DNA of 64,000 nt, from positions 17,665 through 81,664 of the forward strand of contig DASWYF010000025.1 in NCBI GenBank assembly GCA_036405135.1. Direction: 5' to 3'. Below, in pieces: positions 36,952 to 44,906 of this stretch; positions within the stretch are counted from its first letter, which is position 1, and every line of letters starts with the position of its first letter. A program made the position numbers and the translations under genes. The DNA comes from Verrucomicrobiia bacterium. GTDB taxonomy: Bacteria > Verrucomicrobiota > Verrucomicrobiia > Limisphaerales > JAEYXS01. The notes under the pieces are model-generated. The model did not search any database, was not told the DNA's origin, and was given only the letters and a program-made list of their open reading frames with translations.

Positions 36952-39231
36952 ATGCGTTTGCTGGCGTGGGCGGAGGCGCATCCTGCACGCGCTTTCGGTG
37001 CCTTCCTTGCGCTGGCGCTCATCCTCACGCACCCGGGAGTTTTCTTTGGCAGCAAGGCGTTGTTCTTCCGCGATTATGGCGTGCTCGGTTATGGTTTTGT
37101 GCATCACTACCGGGAATCCATCCTGGCGGGCGAATTGCCGCTGTGGAATCCGTACAGTGATTGCGGCGCACCGTTCCTCGCGCAATGGGGCACGATGGTT
37201 TTGTATCCGCTCAGCCTGCTGATGGTGGTGCTGCCGATGCCCTGGTCGCTCGGTTTCTTCTGCCTGTTGCACCTTTGGATCGCCGGTATGGGCATGCGGA
37301 AACTGGCTGCCGATTTGCGACTGGGGGGCTTTGCCTGTGCGTTGGCGGGGACACTTTATGTGTTCAATGGCGCAACCCTTTCGGGGCTCATGTGGCCGAA
37401 CTATGCGGTGGTGCTCGGCTGGTTGCCATGGGTGCTGTGGAGCGTGCGCAAGGCATGGACACTCGGCGGCAAGTGGGTGCTGGGCGCGGCGGTGATCGCC
37501 ACCCTGCAGATGCTTTCTGGTGTGCCGGAACTCATCCTGTTCACCTGGTTCACCGCACTGGTGTGGGTGATGGGGGATTGGTGGCTTCATGGCCGGGTGA
37601 TGAAGTATTTTGGGCGTTTCGCGGGCGTGATCGCGCTGGTCACCGGACTGAGTGCGGCACAATTGCTGCCGTTCCTGCAAACTCTGGACCTCTCCTATCG
37701 CACGCCTGGATTCAGCACGAACAACTGGTCCATCCCGCTCTGGGGCTGGGTGAATCTTTTCCTGCCGATGATCCGGCAGATCATGACGTATCAGGGCACA
37801 TTCTACCAGGAAGGGCAGCAATTCATCAGCACGTATTATTGTGGTGCAGCGGTGCTGGTGCTGGCGGTCTTTGGCGTGGTGAAGAGTGAGCGGCGGATCC
37901 GCTGGGTGTGGGCGGGCATAGCCTTGCTCGGGCTGATACTCGCCATGGGTGGCAACCTGCCCGGCTATGAAGCGGTGCGTAAGATGATCCCCGTGTGGTC
38001 GCTGATCCGCTTCCCGGTGAAGTTCATTTACCTCGCGGTTCCTGCGCTCATTTTGCTGGCGGCGTTCGGCTGGCAGGCGCTGGCGAGCGGTCGCGCAGGA
38101 GATGCGTTGCGGGAAAGCAGGCGCTTTGGCTGGATCATCGGCAGTGTGGCGGGACTCATGCTCTTGACGGTGGGCGTCGCCTGGGTTTGCCGTCATGGGT
38201 ATGACAACTGGCAGGTGATCCGCAGCAATACCTTGATCCGTTTCTTTGTGTTCGCCGGTGCGCTGACGCTTTTACGTTTCATCTTGCTGGAGAGCGAGGT
38301 GATGAAGCGCCGCCTGGCACAACTGGCGGTGCTCTCGCTTTTCATCGGCGATGCGTGCCTGCATTATCCCAAGCTGAATCCCACACTGCCGGCGCGGGTG
38401 TTCGAGGCAAACGTCGTTCGCGAGCATCAACAGCTTCCCAAAGTGACGGCAGAGAATTTTTACCGTGTCTTCATCTCGTCGAAGGCAGAGGACATGATGC
38501 TGATGAGCACGGTCCCCGAGTTTGAGCAGGAATTCTTCGGCCGACGTCTCGCCCTGTGGTCGAATCTCAATCTGCTGGACAGCACACCCAAGGTGAACGG
38601 TTCCTCCACCTTGCCCTTGAAGTGGCAAAAAGAACTCGAGGATAAAATCTATGCCATGACGAACACACCGCCTCCGGCGGCCTTGCTGGATTTCTTGGGA
38701 GCGCGTTATGAGACGTCCCCCAAGTCAGCGGTGGAGTGGGTGGCGCGGACGAACGCCATGAAACTGGTGACAGCGGGGCAGCAGATCATAGTGGAAGCGG
38801 ATGAAAAGAAAGCCTTGGCCGGCGTCCTCGCGGAGGATTTCAACCCTCGAGAGACGGTGTGGCTATCCCAACCGGTCTCGTCTCCAGACCCGGTGCAATG
38901 TCTCCAGGCCAGCGTGAGCAACTTGTTGGTGAAATCCCATGAGATCACGTTTCAAGCATATGCGGAAAAAACCACGGTGGCAGTCATCGCACAATCGTGG
39001 CATCCCAGCATGCGAGCCTATGTGAATGACATGCCTGCGCAGGTGATGCGGGCCAACCATGCGTTTCAGGCGGTGGTGATCCCTCAAGGGCATAGCACCG
39101 TGCGCATCTACTATCATGACTTCCGGTTTGGTTGGGGGAGAGCTCTTTCGGCGCTTACCGTCTTGGTCATGCTGGTGCTCGCCTGGAATTTCCGGCGCGT
39201 TCAAACGTCATCCCAAAACTCTCCTCCTTAG
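36952..39231 (+). CDS. YfhO-like GT-C-fold membrane glycosyltransferase
   Basis: It is a large polytopic membrane protein with a soluble C-terminal domain. The N-terminal motif FFRDYGVLGYGFVHHYRESILAGELPLWNPYSDCGAPFLAQW is typical of the YfhO family. The start was set to the ATG at 36952 (MRLLAWAEAH...). Confidence 0.75.
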   Translation: MRLLAWAEAHPARAFGAFLALALILTHPGVFFGSKALFFRDYGVLGYGFVHHYRESILAGELPLWNPYSDCGAPFLAQWGTMVLYPLSLLMVVLPMPWSLGFFCLLHLWIAGMGMRKLAADLRLGGFACALAGTLYVFNGATLSGLMWPNYAVVLGWLPWVLWSVRKAWTLGGKWVLGAAVIATLQMLSGVPELILFTWFTALVWVMGDWWLHGRVMKYFGRFAGVIALVTGLSAAQLLPFLQTLDLSYRTPGFSTNNWSIPLWGWVNLFLPMIRQIMTYQGTFYQEGQQFISTYYCGAAVLVLAVFGVVKSERRIRWVWAGIALLGLILAMGGNLPGYEAVRKMIPVWSLIRFPVKFIYLAVPALILLAAFGWQALASGRAGDALRESRRFGWIIGSVAGLMLLTVGVAWVCRHGYDNWQVIRSNTLIRFFVFAGALTLLRFILLESEVMKRRLAQLAVLSLFIGDACLHYPKLNPTLPARVFEANVVREHQQLPKVTAENFYRVFISSKAEDMMLMSTVPEFEQEFFGRRLALWSNLNLLDSTPKVNGSSTLPLKWQKELEDKIYAMTNTPPPAALLDFLGARYETSPKSAVEWVARTNAMKLVTAGQQIIVEADEKKALAGVLAEDFNPRETVWLSQPVSSPDPVQCLQASVSNLLVKSHEITFQAYAEKTTVAVIAQSWHPSMRAYVNDMPAQVMRANHAFQAVVIPQGHSTVRIYYHDFRFGWGRALSALTVLVMLVLAWNFRRVQTSSQNSPP

Positions 39232-39438
39232 GTCTGAGCATTACCCACAAGTCTATAAAGCGTGAATGAACAAGACTGAGGACAGGGAGAGCTGCGTTTT
39301 TCGGGGGCCGGTTTCATTTGAGAGGTCGGCGGTGAAGGCCAAAGTCAGGGCAAAGCGGCAGCTTTGCCCCACCTTAATAAGGGAGTTCCCGCTGGCTGGA
39401 CGCTGGTGACCACTTATGGGTAATGCTCAGTCCTTAGG
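39226..39438. repeat. 213-bp element bounded by ~27-bp imperfect terminal inverted repeats (MITE-like, or a long hairpin between convergent genes)
   Basis: The left arm is CCTTAGGTCTGAGCATTACCCACAAGT (39226-39252). The right arm is ACTTATGGGTAATGCTCAGTCCTTAGG (39412-39438). There are 3 mismatches. An internal hairpin GGGCAAAGCGGCAGCTTTGCCC is also present. Confidence 0.5.
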
Positions 39439-39510
39439 TAGGGGAGAGGAAACTAAATTACGTAGCCCGATATCCGGGAGTTGCTTTGTATTGGGATGAT
39501 CCGCGCTCCA

Positions 39511-41157
39511 TCAAGGAAGCGCATGGCCGGGGTGGCTGCACTTGGGTGCCTCTTCCACGATGGTGACGGAATAGGTGCCATTATTGGGGCACGTGGGCAG
39601 GACACCGTTCTTGAGATACTTGGCGACGGCTTGAAGGTTCACCCGGCTTTTATCTGTCTTGCGGGTCTCCAAAGCCCATTGCTGAGTGGCACCATCGATC
39701 ATCTTGAGATTGGCGATGCAGACATTTTGCTGGGCTTTTTCACGCCCTTTCGCAAAAGCCGGGAAAGCCATGCCGGCGATGATCGGCACCGTCAGAGTTG
39801 CCCCGGCGGCGATCAGTATCTTGGCGGGTTCCTGCGTAGTGTTGCCCGTGACGAGCCAGCCGGAATCCGTATTGGAGAATACGTTGAACGACATGTTCGC
39901 GGAAGCGGGGTCCATGAACTTTTTCATCAGTTCCAAGGTGAATGTGTCCGTCGAACCGGTCGTGGTGGCTTTATTGGCTGCGGATTGCATCGCGAGGAGC
40001 TGCAATTCCGACCAGGTGCGTCCAAAGCGCTGGCTGATGTAATTGAAGCCATTGCCTTGCAAAGGCACATCCTGTGAAAGACGGATGAACTCGGGTGTGG
40101 ATTTCAATCCCTTCACTTCACCTTTCTTCACGGCCAAGGCTTCTTTGAGCAGCTTGTCAGTGGAAGCGAAGAAGAAATAATCACCGCTTTGGGCCACGGT
40201 GGGACGCAAGGGGAAGGGCAGCGGCAGAGGCATCGTCCGCATCTTGAGTCCGGCCTCATCCACTTTGATCATCTGCTGGCTGGGCGGCAGCTTGCTATCC
40301 ACCAGGTTGAACAGGGTTTGATCTTTCACGCGCACGACGAACATGAATCCAGGTTCCGGCATTTGCGCCGGTTCACCTGAGGCGCTGGGAAAAGGCAACG
40401 GCATTTTCTTGGTCTCATCCAGCGTGAGAATGAAGCCCACTTCACCGCCCATAGAACCGAACAGCTTGTCCAAACTCATGCCAAGTTCCTTCTCCGCCAA
40501 TGCTTTCGTCTCCGCGACGATCTTCTTGGCCTCGGGTACGCCGGTCGCATCGAGTTGTTTTTCAATGACCTGCCAGGCTTTGGGCAAATCGAGATCGCTG
40601 AAGGTCGCGAAGGCCGTCGTGGCAGGCAGGTAATCCAGCCCGTCCAAGGTGTGAGGCTTGGAGCCGAGCATGGACCAGACGAAGCCCTTTTCCTTGCCGG
40701 GATAATGGTGCAGCAGGAGCTTGGTGCGAAAGAGGCCTTTTTCCCGGGCGATGCCGCTCACACCCAAGCCGCTGATCTCCTCAACACCGGCATCCCGGAT
40801 GAGACGGGTGACAGAATCGAAGCCGATACCGATGGCGGCCTTATCCTCAGGCGTCAAATTCGGTGCGGCGGAAAAAGCATTCTTCCAGCTCACAACGGAC
40901 TTGGAAAGACCCTCTAACCAGCGCTCAGTGCTGAGATAGAGATAAAAATCACCCCTTGGATCAAGCTGTGCAGTGACTTCGGCGAAGCTGTTTTTATGGG
41001 CGGAGGTAATGGCAGGTTTAGCATCGGATCCACCGGGTGAAACTGGAGCTGACGGATCGGAGGATGATGGGGCTTTAGGTGAACACGCGGAAAAAGTGAG
41101 CGCGACAGCCAGTGCCAGACAGGTGAACAGGTGATGGAGTTTCAGTTCCTTGGTCAT
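39511..41157 (-). CDS. Lipoprotein with a C-terminal TM helix plus pilin/pseudopilin-like globular domain
   Basis: The N-terminus MTKELKLHHLFTCLALAVALTFSAC carries a lipobox. The C-terminal ~110 aa read ...LIAAGATLTVPIIAGMAFPAFAKGREKAQQNVCIANLKMIDGATQQWALETRK...LPTCPNNGTYSV...KCSHPGH. That is the post-cleavage part of PVC-type prepilin-like proteins, but without the N-terminal FTLIELLVV methylation motif. Confidence 0.75.
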   Translation of the reverse strand: MTKELKLHHLFTCLALAVALTFSACSPKAPSSSDPSAPVSPGGSDAKPAITSAHKNSFAEVTAQLDPRGDFYLYLSTERWLEGLSKSVVSWKNAFSAAPNLTPEDKAAIGIGFDSVTRLIRDAGVEEISGLGVSGIAREKGLFRTKLLLHHYPGKEKGFVWSMLGSKPHTLDGLDYLPATTAFATFSDLDLPKAWQVIEKQLDATGVPEAKKIVAETKALAEKELGMSLDKLFGSMGGEVGFILTLDETKKMPLPFPSASGEPAQMPEPGFMFVVRVKDQTLFNLVDSKLPPSQQMIKVDEAGLKMRTMPLPLPFPLRPTVAQSGDYFFFASTDKLLKEALAVKKGEVKGLKSTPEFIRLSQDVPLQGNGFNYISQRFGRTWSELQLLAMQSAANKATTTGSTDTFTLELMKKFMDPASANMSFNVFSNTDSGWLVTGNTTQEPAKILIAAGATLTVPIIAGMAFPAFAKGREKAQQNVCIANLKMIDGATQQWALETRKTDKSRVNLQAVAKYLKNGVLPTCPNNGTYSVTIVEEAPKCSHPGHALP

Positions 41158-41244
41158 ACCGGGAGCTAGAATTAGGCGGGGGACAGCGAGGTGACAAGAA
41201 TATCTTAAGGTCCGTTAAATGGTTAAAAGTGAGATCCATAAAAG

Positions 41245-41730
41245 GTGGATATCCTGACCTGTGGGGACGCGCACCCTGCGCTCCATCACCTACGCTTGCA
41301 ATCGGAGGCGGTTTGGGGATTCGATGGCGGCGATTTGAAAGACCGGACACAAGAGACGTTGGCGAAGTTGCATCGCGAGTTGGAGCGGTGGTGCACGTTG
41401 TGGGGTTTGTACCGGTTATCTCGCGAGGCGAAGATCGCTTTTTCCACGCAACTCGGACTGGCGCTGGGAAAGTGTGATCCAAAGAGCGGGCAGATACTGC
41501 TGAACGGCGTTTTGCTATTGCCAGAGAATGAGAAGCTATTGTTCGAGACGTTGTGTCATGAAGCGGCACATATCACGGCGCACTTGCGTTATGGCCCCGC
41601 CATCGAGGAGCACGGCGTGGAATGGCAGGAGTATATGGAGAAGGCAGGGTTCGTGCCACGACCAGTGATCGAGGTGAAAGAGGTGTTCGGGTTGGCGGTG
41701 TCGGCGCGGACTGATCTGCCTCAAGGGTAG
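41245..41730 (+). CDS. SprT-like zinc metallopeptidase-domain protein
   Basis: It reads ...AKIAFSTQLGLALGKCDPKSGQILLNGVLL...LLFETLCHEAAHITAHLRYG...HGVEWQEYMEKAGF. The HExxH motif is present in an SprT-like context. The start is uncertain. Confidence 0.6.
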   Translation: MDILTCGDAHPALHHLRLQSEAVWGFDGGDLKDRTQETLAKLHRELERWCTLWGLYRLSREAKIAFSTQLGLALGKCDPKSGQILLNGVLLLPENEKLLFETLCHEAAHITAHLRYGPAIEEHGVEWQEYMEKAGFVPRPVIEVKEVFGLAVSARTDLPQG

Positions 41731-41732
41731 TT

Positions 41733-41800
41733 TCAAGTGTTCAGTTTTCAGGGGGAGAAGACACGAATTTCACGGATTGGCACAAATTAGGGAGGGGAAT
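41733..41800. repeat. Stutter-type elements (TTTCA(A/G)(G)T family and CCGTGAAATTCGTG unit)
   Basis: The sequence is GTTTCAAGTGTTCAGTTTTCAGGGGGAGAAGACACGAATTTCACGGATTGGCACAAATTAGGGAGGGG. A related unit, GTTTCAAGTTTTCAGTGTTCAGAGGG, lies at 42153-42178. Confidence 0.6.
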
Positions 41801-41810
41801 TTCCGGGTTT

Positions 41811-41952
41811 GGATGGGTTTTTAACGCTTAAAGCATTCATTTCCAGATTGTTAGGATGGTTTTAAATATTTTCAGAAAAAGGGAGGCATGGACAGCCAAT
41901 GTCCTACCCCCCTCTGCATAGTGGACGCAGAAAGATAACAAAAAGGTTCATT
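41811..41952 (+). repeat. Copy B of the conserved upstream module (core palindrome GGACAGCCAATGTCC at 41890-41904)
   Basis: GGATGGGTTTTTAACGCTTAAAGC...GATTGTTAGGATGGTTTTAAATATTTTCAGAAAAAGGGAGGCATGGACAGCCAATGTCCTACCCCCCTCT... aligns with copies A and C. Confidence 0.8.
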
Positions 41953-42141
41953 ATGAAACTGACAGAACAGAGCGAGTTGAAGATGGAAACGGGATGTCGT
42001 CCGGCGAGTCGGCGGTATCGGAAGATCAGCCAGGCGAACTGGTGGTTTGGACAGATGCGCCGGGCGGTGGAGCAGGCTTGTCCGACGGAGGAGCCGGTGA
42101 AGGTGGCGCGGCAGAGGGTGTTGCCATTGGCGACGGAATGA
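41953..42141 (+). CDS. Small Arg/Trp-rich protein, paralog B (62 aa from the MKLTEQ start)
   Basis: The sequence is MKLTEQSELKMETGCRPASRRYRKISQANWWFGQMRRAVEQACP... See paralog A for the synonymous-biased divergence. Confidence 0.7.
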   Translation: MKLTEQSELKMETGCRPASRRYRKISQANWWFGQMRRAVEQACPTEEPVKVARQRVLPLATE

Positions 42142-42510
42142 GGAAAGGAAGGAGTTTCAAGTTTTCAGTGTTCAGAGGGACACGGAAAAGTTAGAGCCTC
42201 CTTACGTCGGCTGCTACGAGTTGGGTTCGAGGACGATTTTTTTATTTTGCGGAATGCCAAGGAGGAATGGCCCGCCCTCCGGCCAGTCGGTCAACCAATG
42301 ACAGGAACCGTCACTGGCCGGAGCTGGTTGTACCAGCGGCCTAACTAGAGAAAAAGAAGAGAGGAAATAGGCCACTGCAAGCGAGTGATAAGCAGATTAC
42401 AAAGGGGAAGCAAAAAGGGGTTAACAAAAGGAAGGAGAATGGGGTAAATTCAGCTTTGCTTACGTAACAGAAAGTGTTGAATAAGCGTCTCTATACCCAG
42501 TCTGATAAAC

Positions 42511-44874
42511 GTGATGTCGTCTCTGACCAAAAAACTGCTGTTGTGCTGTGGTGTGACGGGGCTTTTGCTAGCTGTCACACCCGTGCAGGGTGCTGCCTCG
42601 CTGGACTTTAAGAAGGCCGCAGTGCCGTTCATGGAGAAGTATTGCTACGATTGCCACGGCGGTAAGAGCACGAAGGCGGATCTGGACCTGAAGGCGATCA
42701 AGGATGACAAGAAGATCCTGGAAGACCACAAACTTTGGCGCGGGGTGCTCCAGCAGGTGAATTCGGGCGAGATGCCGCCAAAAAAAGCCGCACATAAGCC
42801 GACGCCGGAAGAAATAGAGAAGTTCAACAATTCGCTCACGGAATCGTTTCACAAGGCGGAGTCCAAACTAAAGCCGGACCCCGGCCATGTGACGATGCGC
42901 CGTCTGAACCGTCTGGAATACAACAACACGGTGCGCGACCTGACAGCGGTGGATTATTTTCCGGCGGAGAATTTCCCGGCGGATGACATCGGCCACGGCT
43001 TTGACAACATCGGTGATGTGCTGACCATCTCACCAGTGCATCTGGAGCGGTATCTGGATGCGGCGGATGGCATCGCGCAGCGGGCGATCTTCCTGACCTT
43101 GCCAAAGCCGAACAGCCGCACGACTTCCTCCAACTTTCTCCGGCCCCGTTATGGCTCTGAAAATTCCACCCGACCGATGACGAACTCGGAGCCGGATGTG
43201 TATTACGACGAGCGCATCGACAAGGTGGGTGAATATATTTTCCGGGTCCGGGTCCGCGGCACCAATGCCCCCGGGACGGAACCGGCGCAGTTCGCCCTGC
43301 TGCTCGATGATAAAGAGCTGGGCAAATTCACCTGGGACGCCGAGGAAGCGAAGCAAGGCGAGGGGCAGCGTCGCAGTCGGAGTGGATGGAAGGAATTTGA
43401 AGTGCCGCTCAGCATGGTAAGCACGGGTGAACACCGCTTCAAACTGCGCTACCTGAACCAGCAACTCGGCGAGGTGACCAACCGCATGCTCTACGTGAAC
43501 GCTTTTCAAGTGATCGGCCCGGCGGATACCCGCACGGAGTTCATGAAGAAGGCGGATGCAGTGGCGGCGGGTAAGCCGCCGGAACAACGTGTCCATCCGT
43601 TGGTGGAGTGGTTCGTGACCCGGGCGTTCCGTCGTCCGGCAACGAAGGAAGAGGTTGCCCGCTATGTCCGTGTATTCGAAGCTGGCAAGGCCGCGAACAC
43701 GAACAGCTTTGAAGCGGGCTTCCAGCAAATGGTGAAGACGGTGCTGTGCTCGCCGAAGTTCCTTTTCCGCACGGAATTGGATGACCGCCCGAAGGTGAAG
43801 GATGCCCATGCTTTGGGTGAATACCAACTGGCCTCGCGCCTCAGCTACTTCCTCTGGTGCTCCATGCCGGATGAAGAATTGCTCGCGTTGGCCGGGAAGA
43901 ACCAGCTCACGGCCAATCTGGATGCCCAAGTGAAGCGCATGTTGAAAGACCCGCGCGCGGAATCGCTCGTGAAGAACTTCGGCCTGCAATGGCTGCAACT
44001 CCAACGTCTGATGGCCTTTACACCGGATGCCACGCTCTTCCAAGGCGTAGATGATCGCCTGAAGAGATCCATGCTGCGGGAGACGGAGATGTTCCTGGGC
44101 GAAATCATCCGTGAAGACCGCAGTGTGCTCGAACTGATCGATGCGGATTTCACTTATTTGAACCGGCCACTGGCACGTCATTACGGCATCGAGGACAAGG
44201 TCTTCCCGCGTGGACAACGCGACTGGCGCCGGGACAATGATTTCATTCGCGTGACGTTGCCAGATAACACTCGTGGCGGATTGCTGACGCAAGCGAGCAT
44301 CCTGACGGTGACTTCCAATCCCACGCGCACTTCCCCGGTGAAGCGTGGCAAATGGGTGCTGGAGCAGATCCTCGGCACACCTCCCCCACCCCCTCCGCCA
44401 GGCGTAAGTGAATTGGATGAACAACATGAACTCAAAGGTTCGCTCCGCCAACGCATGGAGCAGCATCGGGCAAATCCCGCCTGCGCGAACTGCCATCAGC
44501 AGATGGATGCGATGGGTTTTGCGTTTGAGAACTTCGATGCCGTCGGCCGTTTCCGTTCAAAGGATGGTAACGATGTCATCGATCCTTCCGGAGTGTTGCC
44601 CGATGGTCAGAGCTTTAAAGGCGCTGGGGAATTGAAAGGCATCCTCAAGGGCAAGAAGGACTTGCTAGCCCGGAATGTGACGGAAAAACTCATGATTTAT
44701 GCGCTGGGCCGGGGCCTGGAATACTATGACGAGCGGACCATTAAACAGGTGGTCGCGAACATGGCGCAGAACGATTACAAATTCTCCACGTTGGTGACGT
44801 CCATCGTGCAGAGCGATCCTTTCCGTCTTCGCCGCGGGAAAGAGTTGAAAGAGAAGAACGATTTGGGTGAATAA
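42511..44874 (+). CDS. DUF1592/DUF1587/DUF1588-type protein with an N-terminal planctomycete-type cytochrome c (PSCyt) motif
   Basis: It has a signal peptide followed by FMEKYCYDCHGGKSTKADLDLK. It also contains ...MRRLNRLEYNNTVRDL...FPADD..HGFDNIGDVLTISP..LERY..., a later PPPPPPPG stretch and ACANCHQQMD. This is the architecture usually paired with a DUF1552 gene. Confidence 0.85.
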   Translation: MMSSLTKKLLLCCGVTGLLLAVTPVQGAASLDFKKAAVPFMEKYCYDCHGGKSTKADLDLKAIKDDKKILEDHKLWRGVLQQVNSGEMPPKKAAHKPTPEEIEKFNNSLTESFHKAESKLKPDPGHVTMRRLNRLEYNNTVRDLTAVDYFPAENFPADDIGHGFDNIGDVLTISPVHLERYLDAADGIAQRAIFLTLPKPNSRTTSSNFLRPRYGSENSTRPMTNSEPDVYYDERIDKVGEYIFRVRVRGTNAPGTEPAQFALLLDDKELGKFTWDAEEAKQGEGQRRSRSGWKEFEVPLSMVSTGEHRFKLRYLNQQLGEVTNRMLYVNAFQVIGPADTRTEFMKKADAVAAGKPPEQRVHPLVEWFVTRAFRRPATKEEVARYVRVFEAGKAANTNSFEAGFQQMVKTVLCSPKFLFRTELDDRPKVKDAHALGEYQLASRLSYFLWCSMPDEELLALAGKNQLTANLDAQVKRMLKDPRAESLVKNFGLQWLQLQRLMAFTPDATLFQGVDDRLKRSMLRETEMFLGEIIREDRSVLELIDADFTYLNRPLARHYGIEDKVFPRGQRDWRRDNDFIRVTLPDNTRGGLLTQASILTVTSNPTRTSPVKRGKWVLEQILGTPPPPPPPGVSELDEQHELKGSLRQRMEQHRANPACANCHQQMDAMGFAFENFDAVGRFRSKDGNDVIDPSGVLPDGQSFKGAGELKGILKGKKDLLARNVTEKLMIYALGRGLEYYDERTIKQVVANMAQNDYKFSTLVTSIVQSDPFRLRRGKELKEKNDLGE

Positions 44875-44906
44875 TAGGCCCAGTCAGCCTGTCAAAAATA
44901 AAGCTT

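Noticed and set aside
35334-38196. Long ORFs 35334-36911 (+, 525 aa) and 36784-38196 (-, 470 aa)
   Set aside because: They are antisense to the methyltransferase/GT2 gene and the YfhO-like gene respectively. They have extreme R/H/Q/E composition and no domain signatures, whereas the opposite strands carry clear motifs.
41887-41905. Reading TGGACAGCCAATGTCC in the conserved module as a sigma-54 (-24/-12) promoter
   Set aside because: The GG at -24 is present, but the -12 element is TGTC/TC instead of TTGC/GC at the required spacing. The match is no better than chance, and I prefer a palindromic operator interpretation.
43030-44496. 488-aa minus-strand ORF
   Set aside because: It is antisense to the DUF1592-type gene and has shadow-frame composition.
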